The notes: generated from the sequence alone by a model not told the origin. DNA of 64,000 bases from Pristiophorus japonicus (GCF_044704955.1 NC_091978.1:235538001-235602000), one strand, 5' to 3'; numbered from the stretch's first letter, positions 1 to 11,962 are shown. Made by a program: numbers and translations.

Positions 1-90
1 GTAGTGCTTAGAATTGGACACGATACTCCAGCTGGGGTTGAACTAATGTTTTATACAGGTTTAGCATAACTTTCTGGCTTTTGTACTCCA
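1..90 (-). mobile_element. CR1 LINE RT C-terminal fragment
   Basis: Minus strand reads approximately EYKS.EVMLNLYKTLVQPQLEYRVQF*, homologous to LLQLYRALVRPHLEYCVQFW in the CR1 ORF2 copies in this window. Confidence 0.75.
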
Positions 91-660
91 TGGCACCGCT
101 GGTAGTGCTCAGAGCTGCTGTGCCGCCGATGATGATGTCATCGCCGTATGCAGCGACCTGTTTTCACCCTGTGGAGGCAATTGGGCAGTGCCCCATGAGG
201 CCACCGTGGGCGATGTCAGCACCAGCCTTGTGGGTGGGGCACCAGGCCCCACTCTGCTCACAGGGCAAAAACTAAAGGGGGAGGTGCGCAGCTTACCGGT
301 CTGGCCTTTCATGATGTATTTCTCAGGGTCCATGCCGCGACAGTCCACTTCTGTGCTGGGCTGCAGCCACGGAACCCCGCATCCCCAGTGGCATAGTGGA
401 GTTCCCTTGCCCCACTGAAGAGTTTGCAGCATGCCCTCCACTTCCATTAAGAGAGGCCGCGTAGCGCTGGAAAATTCGCATGCTTACCATCCTGGTCCTG
501 CCCCAAGAGGAAGTAGAGCGCTCAACATTGCACTCCACTTCCTCTCGGGAGCGGTACCCCCTATTTTTTGGCTGGGGCGGAACTTTGGCGCCGGGTGCAG
601 GAAGTCCCGCCTCGCCTCGATTACCGCCCCCAAACGGGATGATACCGAATTTTAACCCCC
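91..660. mobile_element. Right part of a Harbinger-type MITE or non-autonomous DNA transposon
   Basis: Ends in GAATTTTAACCCCC (647-660), reverse complement GGGGGTTAAAATTC, matching the GGG..AAATT TIR type of the other Harbingers here. GC-rich and non-coding; left end not seen. Confidence 0.45.
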
Positions 661-1810
661 TAGAGTCTCCCATGCAGCACGCCAGCTTTGTGCAGGGGGT
701 CAACACTGGAAGAGAGCTCCTCTACCCACAGAGAACAAGGAGGTCCTCCAGAAAGAATGATGTGGGAACAGATCGCCGAGGGTGTCACTGCCAGCACCGC
801 CAGTCGTTCCCACGACTTGGCTTCAGTGCGCAAAGAGGTTTCATGACTTCAGATGAATGGTCAAGGTCAAAAACCATCTCCTACCAACTGCACCACTAGC
901 CTCACACACTGCTCAATGCACGACCTTCCCCCCGCTAAATCACTCACCTACCAACAAGGTTTACCACACACGAGAAACACCTCACATTCCTAGCTTTATT
1001 TCACCCCCTTGGAGGAGATGGTGCTGGCCATACTTGGCAGGGGCATGGCTGAACCTTTGTCCAGCGGCAAGGCTGAAAGAGTACAAGATGCTCAGATGTT
1101 ATCCACCTTCTCACATCTCACTTCCCCCTCATCTCACAATATCTTCTGATGTACAAGCTGTGCATGGTGTAAGCATGCAGCTCTTGATTTCCCGCCCTAC
1201 CCTCACCATAACCCTACAATCCTTGTGCCTTCCTCATTTCAGAGACCCAAGAAATACAGTTTGCCCAGCCAATGGTTGACCAAGAAGAGGGAGAAGAGAG
1301 TGAAGCAGAAGAAGAAACATCGTCACCCAATTTCACACTTCCGACCATCAGCTCCTCGAGGTCGTCCTGTAAGGCCATATGCAGTGTCCCCCATTGAAAG
1401 TCAGCAACCTTCCACCAGCCATGCTGCAGCCACTGGCGTGACAACACTAGGATAGGCAAAGGCACACTAAGGGAATGCACAGGGGTAATTAGTTGATTTT
1501 TTGATGAAATAGTGGATGCATATATGAGTGAAGTTGGATTGGAAAGTTTGCTTTGCGGTAGCTTTTATCTCAGCATTGTGGCCATGCGGATATTGTGATG
1601 ATGGTCAGTGATAAAGGGAAGGTAAGGTGTGGGATTAATGTTGAAAGGGTTGAGGTCACTGATACCACAGGCGGGTGCTTCGATCCTTGATATCCCAGCC
1701 AGAAAGGGGCTTCCTTCCATTTATTCCTCTTCTATATCATCCTCTTCCGCTTCTTCCTCTTCCCTCTGCGAGCAACTTGTCCCCTTTGCTGCCTCTGCTT
1801 CATCTCCATG
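661..1810 (+). pseudogene. Degenerate Harbinger remnant: Myb/SANT-like gene exons plus acidic transposase C-terminus on the minus strand
   Basis: Broken frames give ..RELLYP..MWEQIAEGVTA..TWLQCAKRFHDF.MVK (Myb/SANT trihelix), then an acidic exon and a QQPSTSHAAATG motif. The intron is similar to that of the copy near 10.0-10.6 kb. Confidence 0.7.
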
Positions 1811-1814
1811 TGAT

Positions 1815-2040
1815 GTTGGGGTACGCCACTGTATATCTCCCTCCAGACCAAAAACCAGCCATTCACCACAACTCTCAGTTTTCTATTGCTACAATTACGT
1901 ATCCATGATGCTGCTGCCTCTTTTATCCCATGGGTGTCAATTTTTCTAACAAGCCTAGTATGTGGTACTTTACTAAACACCTTTTGAAAGTCCATATTCA
2001 CAACATCAACTGCACTGCTCTCATCCACCCTCTCTGTTAT
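1815..2040 (-). mobile_element. CR1 RT fragment (old)
   Basis: ORF 1732-2028 contains VDVVNMDFQKVFSKVPH..WIRN..RKLRVVVNG..SGVPQ (RT motifs). Confidence 0.8.
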
Positions 2041-3804
2041 CTGACCATTTGTACCTCAAAATTGCAATCAGTGCCCTATGGATGTCACAGGATCCTGATT
2101 TGAATATTAAAAGGGGCCTCCTGCCTGAAACAGGTGAACACTGTGGCCTGCCATCTAAAGGCCACTAACAAAATGGTTGCAACTGGAGCACTATGTAAAT
2201 GGGGCATTAAGTGATCCAACACAATTTTCAGGTGAATACCACTCTGTTTACACTGGCCAGCCACAGTTAATTGGCTCCCTTGAAATTCAAATTTTCTTTG
2301 TATAAAAGCACAGCATCTCTTTCAACTTATACAAATTATTAATGCCATCAACACTCATTTTGTCATTTTTTCCAAAATAATATCATACATTCCACTAGCA
2401 AATATGATGAAACTAAACAGAAAACATAGTTAGGTTCACATTAGAATGATCCCCAGTACAAAATATATAGAGATTACACCTTCCTCAGGTGCTGTGCAGT
2501 CTCTTAAATCAAACGGGCTAAAAACAGAAACATTTGGGACAGTCCCCCAGTGAATGGACCAATATTCTTGCACTGAGCAAAACTTCATCATAGGTACGAA
2601 GGACAAAACATAATTCTGTGGCCTTCCTCAGGCTAAAATATATCGTGTTTAGGGTTTAGATATGGAATAATTTGAGAGGAACCTCATAAGTAGCTAAATA
2701 TCAATTAACTTTTATTGCCTCGTTTGCAATCTGCAGCCCAGGGGGACATGATGCTGTTGATTAATGAAAGATTCCATGGAGATAAGTTACATAAAATTCA
2801 TCAATTTTTCAGGTTTATAAGAATGGATATTTTTTTCCCAAGTAGCTTCTATTCAATGCCATTTATTTGAATTTTAACAGTTTTCATTTTCTTTCCAGTA
2901 AAGGATGCTTCTTATTTGTAATATGGCATTGAATCACAGTTGCTCGAGGTGGAATGGTTACCAGGTAACCTGTCCCCACAGTACTTGAACCATCACCTTG
3001 AATCAATCCCTTGCAAATGAGGGAATTTTGGAAGCAGATTAGTAATAAGCCAAATATCCCAGGAAGCAAAGTTTGTATATCTACACCTGGATTTATCTTT
3101 TTCTGCCCGTGGAGAATCGAAGTGTGACTTTCACCTGTTCTTTCAACTCCACTGTGCCCTTGACACATTTTCCTGGATCGGGGATTTTTACTCATGCAGG
3201 GCAGATTCCTAGTGGGATTACGTCAGAAGGCGGAAGCCTGCCGCAGCTGCCCCACACAAAATTCTGATAGTGCTGCAGCGGGATTTACAATGCAACATCG
3301 AAAGGGGCAGAAGAGCCCTGAAGATCAAGGTAGGCTTGCAGCTAAAAGTTCAGGTTCTGAGGCTTAGAGGAAGGGACAGGTGGCCAACATTGGACCTTCT
3401 CCCTCCAAAAGGGGCATCAGGAAGTCTTTCACTATCACCCCTCTCCTAGCAGTCCTGAGGTGGTGGAATCAGCAGTGGAAGGCAAAGACATAGGGCTGTT
3501 TGCCGAGCCCCGCTGTCATTTACATATGACGGGCAGGGAACAGGCAGCCAGCAGCCAATTTGACAAAGAAAGAGGGAAGGAATTTCAGCTTCATCGTCCA
3601 ATATTCTTGCCTTTTCCTCCTGCTCAGCAGGGGAAATCCAGACCCTCATCAAACAGAGCCCAACTTAGCACAGTTTAATGAACAGGGGTTTGAGTAATAA
3701 TATCAGAGATTTCACTTGGGAAGTCAGAAAATAATTTTCAGGATGAAGAAGTCTGAGTTCTTCCTAAAAATCCTAAAAAATTCTTTCCATTAGAAAAAAA
3801 CTAT

Positions 3805-4490
3805 CCGCAGCATAACTAAGACCACTTATTTCCAGCTCCGTACCATCGCCCGTTTCCACACTTTCCTCAGCTCATCCACTGCTGAAGCCCTCATCCATGC
3901 CTTTGCTACCTCTAGACTTGACTATTCCAACGCACTCCTGGCTGGCCTCCCACATTCTACGCTACGTAAACTAGAGGTGATCCAAAACTCGGCTGCCCGT
4001 GTCCTAACTCGCACCTAGTCCCATTTACCCATCAGCCCTGTGCTCGCTGATCCACATTGGCTCCCAGTTAAGCAATGCCAACATTTTAAAATTCTCGTCC
4101 TTGTTTTCAAATCCCTCCATGGCTTCGCCCCTCCCTATCTCTGTAATCTCCTCCAGCCCCACAACCCCCTGAGATATCTGCGCTCCACTAATTCTGCCCT
4201 CTTGAGTATCCTTGATTATAATCACTCAACCATTGGTGGCCGTGCCTTCTGTTGCCTAGGCCCGCAGTTCTAGAATTCCCTGCCTAAACCTCTCTGTCTC
4301 TCTAACACTCTTTCCTCCTTCAAGACGCTCCTTAAAACCTACCTTTTTGACCAAACTTTTGGTCACCTGCCCTAATTTCTCCTTATGTGCCTCGGTGTCA
4401 ACTTTTTTGTCTCATCATACTCCAGTGACATGCCTTGGGACATTTCACTACGTTAAAAGCGCTATATAAATACAAGTTGTTGTTGTTGTT
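3805..4490 (+). mobile_element. L2-clade LINE 3' end
   Basis: AEALIHAFATSRLDYSNALLAGLP..LADPHWLPVKQ..FKILVLVFKSLHG..GGRAF; 3' UTR ends GCTATATAAATACAAG(TTG)n. Confidence 0.9.
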
Positions 4491-4499
4491 TATGTTGAC

Positions 4500-5010
4500 A
4501 CAGTGTTGACCCGGCACAGTGTTATTCCCCTGTGCACATATGGGGAGGTCTGAGGAACTCCAGATATCATCGTGAAGACGGCGCTTAATTAGGGATTGGA
4601 ATCTTCATCTGTGACTGGGGTCTCAGATTCAGCATCGGGGGCCATGAAGAGGAATTGAGAGTCGGGAGGCCTGGAGGCCGGGGTCAGGGTGCCCGGTTGT
4701 CAGGGCTGGCAGTGGTGGATGGGGGTGGTGGGGGGGTGCGGGTGAAGATCGGAAGTCGGGGCTGGGGTCTGGCGGCTAGGGGTCTTGGGACCGAGAGCAG
4801 CGGCGATTGTGATATTTATTTGTTTTTTTACTTATGTGATGTTTGGAGTTGGTTTTCTCCAAGGCAGCTGTCTTGGGGCGAACGAACGTTGCAACAGGAC
4901 CATGGGTAAAGGACGCCTCTTTTTTGTCCTTTCCCAATATGGTGGGTGGCACATTTCCGGTCGGAAGTATATGCAAGCTTTGTCCCCCATTTTGGCCCAA
5001 TTTAACCCCC
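4500..5010. mobile_element. Decayed Harbinger-type MITE, right portion
   Basis: Terminates in CAATTTAACCCCC (reverse complement GGGGGTTAAATTG); GC-rich, non-coding. Confidence 0.35.
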
Positions 5011-6051
5011 TTGAAGTTTGTTATAAATAGCTTCCTTAAATGGGTTGTGCACAACTTAATTTGCTGAACAATCTGTAAATTGACTCAATAGCTTGGTTTC
5101 CTGGCTTTCTGATGGATGGGGAGGTGGGCGGGGAACAGATGGAAACAGAAAATATGCCTCCACTGTCTTTCCTGCCAATTCCTTTCTTTCAAACCTGGAA
5201 ACCACGGTTTCCTATTATGCCCTGGCATTTAGTGTTTAATGGCAGATGGAGAGGATCTTGAAGGTTAAACATGAAATGGTCTGTGGAATTACTCTTTGGG
5301 TGTGGCTCCAGGAGCAAGAGGAAGATGTTTTATGAAAAATTTAATTCTTCAGGCAGCTCAGCAGCTGCCTTTCTCCTCTTGCAGATTTGAAGAGGAAGAT
5401 CTCATGAGAGCTGAAAGGGAGCTCATTTTTCACCCCAATTATCTAAGTGGTTCTGCTGTGAAAACAAGAAGCCATGAAGCTAAGATGGGAACTTGTATTG
5501 AAACTAAAATCTCAAACATGACTCAATTGTCAGAAGGGGAAAAATTTGTATTTGCCAGCAAAGTTGACAGTACGAAACGAATTTAAGGAGCTAGGAGCTA
5601 AATTAAAAAGTAGGACCTCAAAAGTAGTAATCTCGGGATTGCTACCAGTGCCACGTGATAGTCAGAGTAGGAATCGCAGGACAGCGCAGATGAATACGTG
5701 GCTTGAGCAGTGGTGCAGCAGGGAGGGATTCAAATTCCTGAGGCATTGGAACCGGTTCTGGGGGAGGTGGGACCAGTACAAACCGGACGGTCTGCACCTG
5801 GGTAGGACCGGAACCAATGTCCTAGGGGGAGTGTTTGCTAGTGCTGTTGGGGAGAATTTAAACTAATATGGCAGGGGGATGGGAACCAATGCAGGGAGAC
5901 AGAGGGAAACAAAAAGGAGGCAAAAGCAAAAGACAGAAAGGAGATGAGGAAAAGTGGAGGGTAGAGAAACCCAAGGCAAAGAACAAAAAGGGCCACTGTA
6001 CAGCAAAATTCAAAAAGGACAAAGGGTGTTAAAAAAACAAGCCTGAAGGCT

Positions 6052-7031
6052 TTGTGTCTTAATGCAAGGAGTATCCACAATAAGGCTGATGAATTAACTG
6101 TGGAAATAGATGTTAACAAATATGATGTGATTGGGATTACGGAGACGTGGCTCCAGGATGATCAGGGCTGGGAACTCAACATCCAGGGGTATTCAACATT
6201 CAGGAAAGATAGAATAAAAGGAAAAGGAGGTGGGGTAGCATTGCTGGTTAAGGAGCAAATTAAGGCAATAGTTCGGAAGGACATTAGCTTGGATGATGTG
6301 GAATCTATATGGGTAGAGCTGCAGAATACCAAAGGGCAAAAAACATTAGTGGGAGTTGTGTACAGACCTCCAAACAGTAGTAGGGATGTTGGGGAGGGCA
6401 TCAAACAGGAAATTAGGGGTGCGTGCAATAAAGGTGCAGCAGTTATAATGGGTGACTTTAATATGCACATAGGTTGGCTTAACCAAACTGGAAGCAATAC
6501 GGTGGAGGAGGATTTCCTGGAGTGCATAAGGGATGTTTTTTAGACCAATATGTCGAGGAACCAACTAGGGGGGAGGCCATCTTAGACTGGGTGTTGTGTA
6601 ATGAGAGAGGATTAATTAGCAATCTCGTTGTGCGAGACCCCTTGGGGAAGAGTGACCATAATATGGTGGAATTCTGCATTAGGATGGAGAATGAAACAGT
6701 TAATTCAGAGAGCATGGTCCAGAACTTAAAGAAGGGTAACTTTGAAGGTATGAGGCGTGAATTGGCTAGGATAGATTGGTGAATGATACTGAAGGGGTTG
6801 ACTGTGGATGGGCAATGGCAGACATTTAGAGACCGCATGGATGAACTACAACAATTGTACATTCCTGTCTGGCGTAAAAATAAAAAAGGGAAGGTGGCTC
6901 AACCGTGGCTATCAAGGGAAATCAGGGATAGTATTAAAGCCAAGGAAGTGGCATACAAATTGGCCAGAAATAGCAGCGAACCCGGGACTGGGAGAAATTT
7001 AGAACTCAGCAGAGGAGGACAAAGGGTTTGA
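6052..7031 (+). pseudogene. CR1 ORF2 APE endonuclease region (frameshifted)
   Basis: Consecutive ORFs 6052-6543, 6522-6782 and 6783-7031 carry successive endonuclease and linker motifs. Confidence 0.92.
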
Positions 7032-8848
7032 TTAGGGCAGGGAAAATGGAGTACGAGAAGAAGCTTGCAGGGAACATTAAGACGGATTGCAAAAGTTTCT
7101 ATAGATATGTAAAGAGAAAAAGGTTAGTAAAGACAAACGTAGGTCCCTTGCAGTCAGAATCAGGGGAAGTCATAACGGGGAACAAAGAAATGGCGGACCA
7201 ATTGAACAAGTACTTTGGTTCGGTATTCACTGAGGAGGACACAAACAACCTTCCGGATATAAAAGGGGTCGGAGGGTGTAGTAAGGAGGAGGAACTGAGG
7301 GAAATCCTTATTAGTCGGGAAATTGTGTTGGGGAAATTGATGGGATTGAAGGCCGATAAATCCCCAGGGCCTGATGGACTGCATCCCAGAGTACTTAAGG
7401 AGGTGGCCTTGGAAATAGTGGATGCATTGACAGTCATTTTCCAACATTCCATTGACTCTGGATCAGTTCCTATGGAGTGGAGGGTAGCCAATGTAACCCC
7501 ACTTTTTAAAAAAGGAGGGAGAGAGATAACAGGGAATTATAGACCGGTCAGCCTGACATCGGTAGTGGGTAAAATGATGGAATCAATTATTAAGGATGTC
7601 ATAGCAGTGCATTTGGAAAGAGGTGATATGATAGGTCCAAGTCAGCATGGATTTGTGAAAGGGAAATCATGCTTGACAAATCTTCTGGAATTTTTTGAGG
7701 ATGTTTCCAGTAGAGTGGACAAGGGAGAACCAGTTGATGTGGTATATTTGGACTTTCAGAAGGCTTTCGACAAGGTCCCACACAAGAGATTAATGTGCAA
7801 AGTTAAAGCACATGGGATTGGGTGTAGTGTGCTGACGTGGATTGAGAACTGGTTGTCAGACAGGAAGCAAAGAGTAGGAGTAAATGGGTACTTTTCAAAA
7901 TGGCAGGCAGTGACTAGTGGGGTACCGCAAGGTTCTGTGCTGGGGCCCCAGCTGTTTACACTGTATATTAATGATTTAGACGAGGGGATTAAATGTAGTA
8001 TCTCCAAATTTGCGGATGACACTAAGTTGGGTGGCAGTGTGAGCTGCGAGGAGGATGCTATGAGGCTGCAGAGCGACTTGGATAGGTTAGGTGAGTGGGC
8101 AAATGCATGGCAGATGAAGTATAATGTGGATAAATGTGAGGTTATTCACTTTGGTGGTAAAAACAGAGAGACAGACTATTATCTGAATGGTGACAGATTA
8201 GGAAAAGGGGAGGTGCAACGAGACCTGGGTGTCATGGTACATCAGTCATTGAAGGTTGACATGCAGGTACAGCAGGCGGTTAAGAAAGCAAATGACATGT
8301 TGGCCTTCATAGCGAGGGGATTTGAGTACAGGGGCAGGGAGGTGTTGCTACAGTTGTCCAGGGCCTTGGTGAGGCCACACCTGAAGTATTGTGTACAGTT
8401 TTGGTCTCCTAACCTGAGGAAGGACATTCTTGCTATTGAGGGAGTGCAGCGAAGGTTCACCAGACTGATTCCCGGGATGGCGGGACTGACCTATCAAGAA
8501 AGACTGGATCAACTGGGCTTGTATTCACTGGAGTTCAGAAGAATGAGAGGAGACCTCATAGAAACGTTTAAAATTCTGACGGGGTTAGACAGGTTAGATG
8601 CAGGAAGAATGTTCCCAATGTTGGGGAAGTCCAGAACCAGGGGACACAGTCTAAGGACAAGGGGTAAGCCATTTAGGACCGAGATGAGGAGGAATTTCTT
8701 CACCCAGAGAGTGGTGAACCTGTGGAATTCTCTACCACAGAAAGTTGTTGAGGCCAATTCACTAAATATATTCAAAAAGGAGTTAGATGAAGTCCTTACT
8801 ACTAGGGGAATCAAGCGGTATGGTGAGAAAGCAGGAATGGGGCACTGA
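7028..8848 (+). CDS. CR1 ORF2 reverse transcriptase portion (open 606 aa; part of a broken ORF2)
   Basis: [49 protein letters not shown], and C-terminal FFTQRVVNLWNSLP. Confidence 0.93.
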   Translation: MIRAGKMEYEKKLAGNIKTDCKSFYRYVKRKRLVKTNVGPLQSESGEVITGNKEMADQLNKYFGSVFTEEDTNNLPDIKGVGGCSKEEELREILISREIVLGKLMGLKADKSPGPDGLHPRVLKEVALEIVDALTVIFQHSIDSGSVPMEWRVANVTPLFKKGGREITGNYRPVSLTSVVGKMMESIIKDVIAVHLERGDMIGPSQHGFVKGKSCLTNLLEFFEDVSSRVDKGEPVDVVYLDFQKAFDKVPHKRLMCKVKAHGIGCSVLTWIENWLSDRKQRVGVNGYFSKWQAVTSGVPQGSVLGPQLFTLYINDLDEGIKCSISKFADDTKLGGSVSCEEDAMRLQSDLDRLGEWANAWQMKYNVDKCEVIHFGGKNRETDYYLNGDRLGKGEVQRDLGVMVHQSLKVDMQVQQAVKKANDMLAFIARGFEYRGREVLLQLSRALVRPHLKYCVQFWSPNLRKDILAIEGVQRRFTRLIPGMAGLTYQERLDQLGLYSLEFRRMRGDLIETFKILTGLDRLDAGRMFPMLGKSRTRGHSLRTRGKPFRTEMRRNFFTQRVVNLWNSLPQKVVEANSLNIFKKELDEVLTTRGIKRYGEKAGMGH

Positions 8849-9359
8849 AGTTGCATGTTCAGTCATGAACTCATTGAATGGCGGTGCAGGCTAGAAGGGC
8901 CGAATGGCCTACTTCTGCACCTATTTTCTTGTTTCTATGTTTCTATGTCACCGGAAATTGCAGTTAACGGCCGCTGGAAATGGTCGCAATGCTCACCGAG
9001 TGAAATTGGTCTGGCGGAGTGGGGCGGGGGGCATGGAGATAGGTGGTGCAGTGCTCACCTTCCATGCATCACCTTCGTGGTGGTGTTGCTGAAGGGATCC
9101 GACTTGAATTCCTGTCCAGGTGCGGCGTTGGAGCTTCCCACAGCCTCTGAGAGCGAAACTATGGAGCTCACAAGGAACTGTGGTTAACGAAGAGGTCTGT
9201 GATTTAAAGGGGCCATGCACACTGAAGCAATACAAAATAAAATGCAGTGAATCAATACATTTTTCAGCCCTTTCTGCCTTTTAAGAAATATTCAATATTT
9301 TAAAAAAATTCCCAAAGTGAATATTCAGCAGTTAAAGCTGAATTATCTTCCTAACCCAG

Positions 9360-9968
9360 GTTGCCGTTTGGAGCATGGGCAGGAGCATCGATGGGGCCCT
9401 GATACAGCAGGGGAGCGGGAAGGTCATGGTGGACTTGCGACATGTATTCGGGGCGGAGGAGGGATGAAGGATCGTGGCTGAGATTTGATAGGTAAGCGTG
9501 GCGGAGGTTCGCCGAATGTTTGGTGCAGAAGTGCGGCGAGAGATCATGGCAGAGGTGCGGCAAATGTTTTTGTGGCGGAGGTGCGGCGAGAGATCATGGC
9601 GGAGGTGTGGCGAATGTTTGTGGCGGAGGAGCAGCGCGAGATCGTGGCGAAGGTGTGGCGAATGAAGGTACGGGACCCAGAAGAGATGAGATCCCAGGGA
9701 TAGCACGGGCCTGCCCACACTGCAATATGTGTGCGCATTATGTCCATGCAGCAGAGCAGGTCTCCAGTCTTCCTGGTTAACCCTTGCCACTGGATAAAGA
9801 CCTAGCTCTGTCAAGCCTGTGTGGTGGCTGATGTGCAACGGTCACCACACGTTAAAAAAATTCACGCACAGGCATCTTCCACCCTTCAATTGGAGTTTAT
9901 TGGAAACATCTGTGAACTCACATGGAAGCAAGTCATCCTCCTCCGAGGGACCGCTGATGATGATGATC
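9360..9968 (+). mobile_element. Non-autonomous RTE-derived (bipartite) retroposon or SINE
   Basis: 3' end TGGAAGCAAGTCATCCTC..GAGGGACCGC(TGA)n closely matches the RTE LINE tail at 51850-51898; no RT coding; internal tandem repeats. Confidence 0.7.
9470..9670 (+). repeat. Imperfect GC-rich tandem repeat (alternating about 24-bp units, GTGGCGGAGGTGCGGCGA core)
   Basis: Recurrent GGCGGAGGTG(C/T)GGCGA with AGATCATGGC or ATGTTT spacers. Confidence 0.85.
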
Positions 9969-10009
9969 TTCCTAACCTCAACAAATGGTAAAACTGCTTC
10001 AGCACTATC

Positions 10010-10650
10010 ACAAATGGCTCAGCAAGCCAGGGAAGGGGCAACAAGGGTCTCACACGCAGCACTCCAAATTTGTGCAGAGGGGTCAATGCTGCAAGTGCAG
10101 CCTTCCAACCACAGTGGCCAGGAGGCTCTCCAGAAAGAACGATGTGGAAGTACATCACTAAGTCTGTCTTCCTCTACCACCTGGCTCCAGTACCCAAAGA
10201 TACTTCATGACCTCAGATCACTGGTCAAGGTCAGTGAATGCATCTTCAAAAGCTGTCTCCTACCAAGTGCACTACTAGCCTCACACACTGCTCAATGAAC
10301 AACCCCCAATCACTCACCTACCAACAATCTGCATCAATGACAAGGCACATCTCCATTCCTAGCCTCACCTTGCCCTCTTGGAGAAGATGGTGCAGACCAT
10401 TCTTGGCAGGGGCAAGGTTGAGCCCCTGGCAGCGGCGGGGTTGAAAGGATACAAGATACAGGTATCCTCACACGTTATCCTCCTTCTGGCAAGCACCTCT
10501 TGCTTTCCTGACCTCCTGTCAGCACAACTCCACAGCTTGTGCCTTCCTCATTTCACACACCCAAGAGATGTAGCCTGCCCAGCCAGTGGGTCAACAAAAA
10601 GAAACAGCCTGCCCAGCCAGTGGGACTGCAGAAAGAGGATTCCATCCCGG
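10010..10650 (+). pseudogene. Harbinger Myb/SANT-like gene remnant
   Basis: MAQQAREG..TWLQYPKILHDLRSLVK|gtcagt, then an exon PLEKMVQTILGRGKVEPLAA; paralogous to 661-1490. Confidence 0.65.
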
Positions 10651-10751
10651 ATTTCCCAGCCACATAGGGGCTATCTGGGATGCATCCTTCTGTCTGATTC
10701 CTCCTCTGCTGCATCTTCCTCTTCTGCGTCTTCCGCTTCCCTCTGCAAGCA

Positions 10752-10880
10752 AATGCTGTAAATGTGAAATGACTGGAAATACTCAGTTAGTCAGGCAGCA
10801 TGTCGACCTGAGACGTGCACTCTGTTTTTCTCTCCATGGATATTGCATGACCTGCTGAATATTTGCAGAATGTTCTGGCT
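10752..10880. repeat. Short palindromic interspersed element
   Basis: CTGGAAATACTCAG..GTCAGGCAGCAT is an imperfect inverted repeat of ATTGCATGACCTGCTGAATATTTGCAG. Confidence 0.55.
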
Positions 10881-11420
10881 TCTCAAAGGCCTTCATTTAC
10901 CACCTGAGCCCTTACAAGCATCCAGCAGCACTCCCAACATACTTAAAAAAAACTTTTCACATCTATTGCAGCAAGTCACCACTTCAATAAAATTAAAAAG
11001 AATCTGGTCCAAACCCTTAAATTCAAACTTAACTAAATGATGTGTGTGTTCTCTTAAGAGCGGCAGACATTGCCACTGTCAGCCTGCTTGCACCCAGCGA
11101 TGAATTAAACTCTAGGGTTGAAGTTCGTGTTGGTGACGTTAAGTTATCATTGCACATCGATTGACGTCACCACGCCACCATTTTTGTTTGCAGGGCGTTG
11201 TCAGTTATTGGCAGCGCAAAGAGGAAGAGGAATATGGTGGCAGCCGCAGGAACTGCCACCAGCTGGCGAAAGAGTAGCGGCCACCATTGTATCGGCATTT
11301 CACAGTGTCTTGGAGTGGCGGTGAGTACATGAATTTCAAGCCCAAAGAGTGGACAATAAAAAATATTCATGAACACTGCATTATTCTTCCAGAATATTTC
11401 CATAGTTTTTAGACATCATG

Positions 11421-11962
11421 ACAACAACTTACAATGCTTTTAACATGGTAAAACATCCCAAGGCGCTTCAAACAAAATTTGACACCGAGCCACATAAGGA
11501 GGTATTAGGACAAGTGACCTAAAACTTAATCAAAGAGGTAGATTTTAAGAGGTATATTAAAGGTGGAGAGTGAAGAAGAGAGTAAGAGAGGTTTAGGGAG
11601 GGAATTCCAGAGTTTAGGAAGCTGAAGGCACGGCCACCACTGGTGAAGTGATGAAAATCAGGAATGCGCAAGTGGCCAGAATTGGATTGTGTGCAGAGAT
11701 CTTGAAGGGTTGTAGCGCTGGAGGAGGTTACAAAATAGGGAGGGATGACACCATGGAGAGATTTGAAAGCAAGGATGAGAATTTTAAAATCGAGGTGTTG
11801 CTGGACCGGGAGCCAATATAGGTCAGCGAGCACAGGGGTGATGGATGGTGCGAGTTTGGATACGGGCAGCAGAGTTTTGGATGAGCTCAAGTTTACAGTG
11901 GGTGGAAGGTGAGAGGCTTGCCAGGAGAACATTGGAAAAGTTGATTTTGGAGGTAACAACAT
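11421..11962 (-). mobile_element. L2-clade LINE 3' end
   Basis: ORF 11519-11962 contains ITPVLADLYWLPVQQHLDFKILILAFKSLHG..GGRAFS; tail appears as ACAACAAC on +. Confidence 0.88.

Larger units (their letters stand above)
5571..8948 (+). mobile_element. CR1 LINE (subfamily A), 5'-truncated within ORF1
   Basis: ORF1 esterase end (..PDGLHL..GENLN*), APE endonuclease (LNARSI, GITETWL, MGDFN, SDH), RT, and (TTTCTATG)n tail at about 8925-8948. ORF2 is split by stops and frameshifts before 7028. Confidence 0.97.
8949..11343. mobile_element. Degenerate Harbinger element with nested insertions
   Basis: Left TIR remnant CCGGAAATTGC next to the CR1 tail; right TIR GAATTTCAAGCCC ending 11343; internal Myb exons and an acidic transposase tail (about 10660-10750, minus). 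Confidence 0.55.

Noticed and set aside
2884-3195. 103-aa minus-strand ORF in unique-looking DNA
   Set aside because: No domain similarity recognised, and it partly overlaps MITE-like sequence.
5296-5570. Possible host exon (TCCTCTTGCAG|FEEEDLMRAERE..) or minus-strand terminal exon (QNHLDNWGEK*)
   Set aside because: No recognisable protein, no convincing donor or partner exon.
7099-8856. Recurrent antisense ORFs in CR1 ORF2 (e.g. [10 protein letters not shown].., seen in several copies)
   Set aside because: They recur only because the CR1 copies are near-identical; there is no independent coding evidence.
9470-9670. CRISPR-like repeat-spacer array
   Set aside because: Eukaryotic context; units are degenerate tandem repeats without unique spacers; no cas genes.
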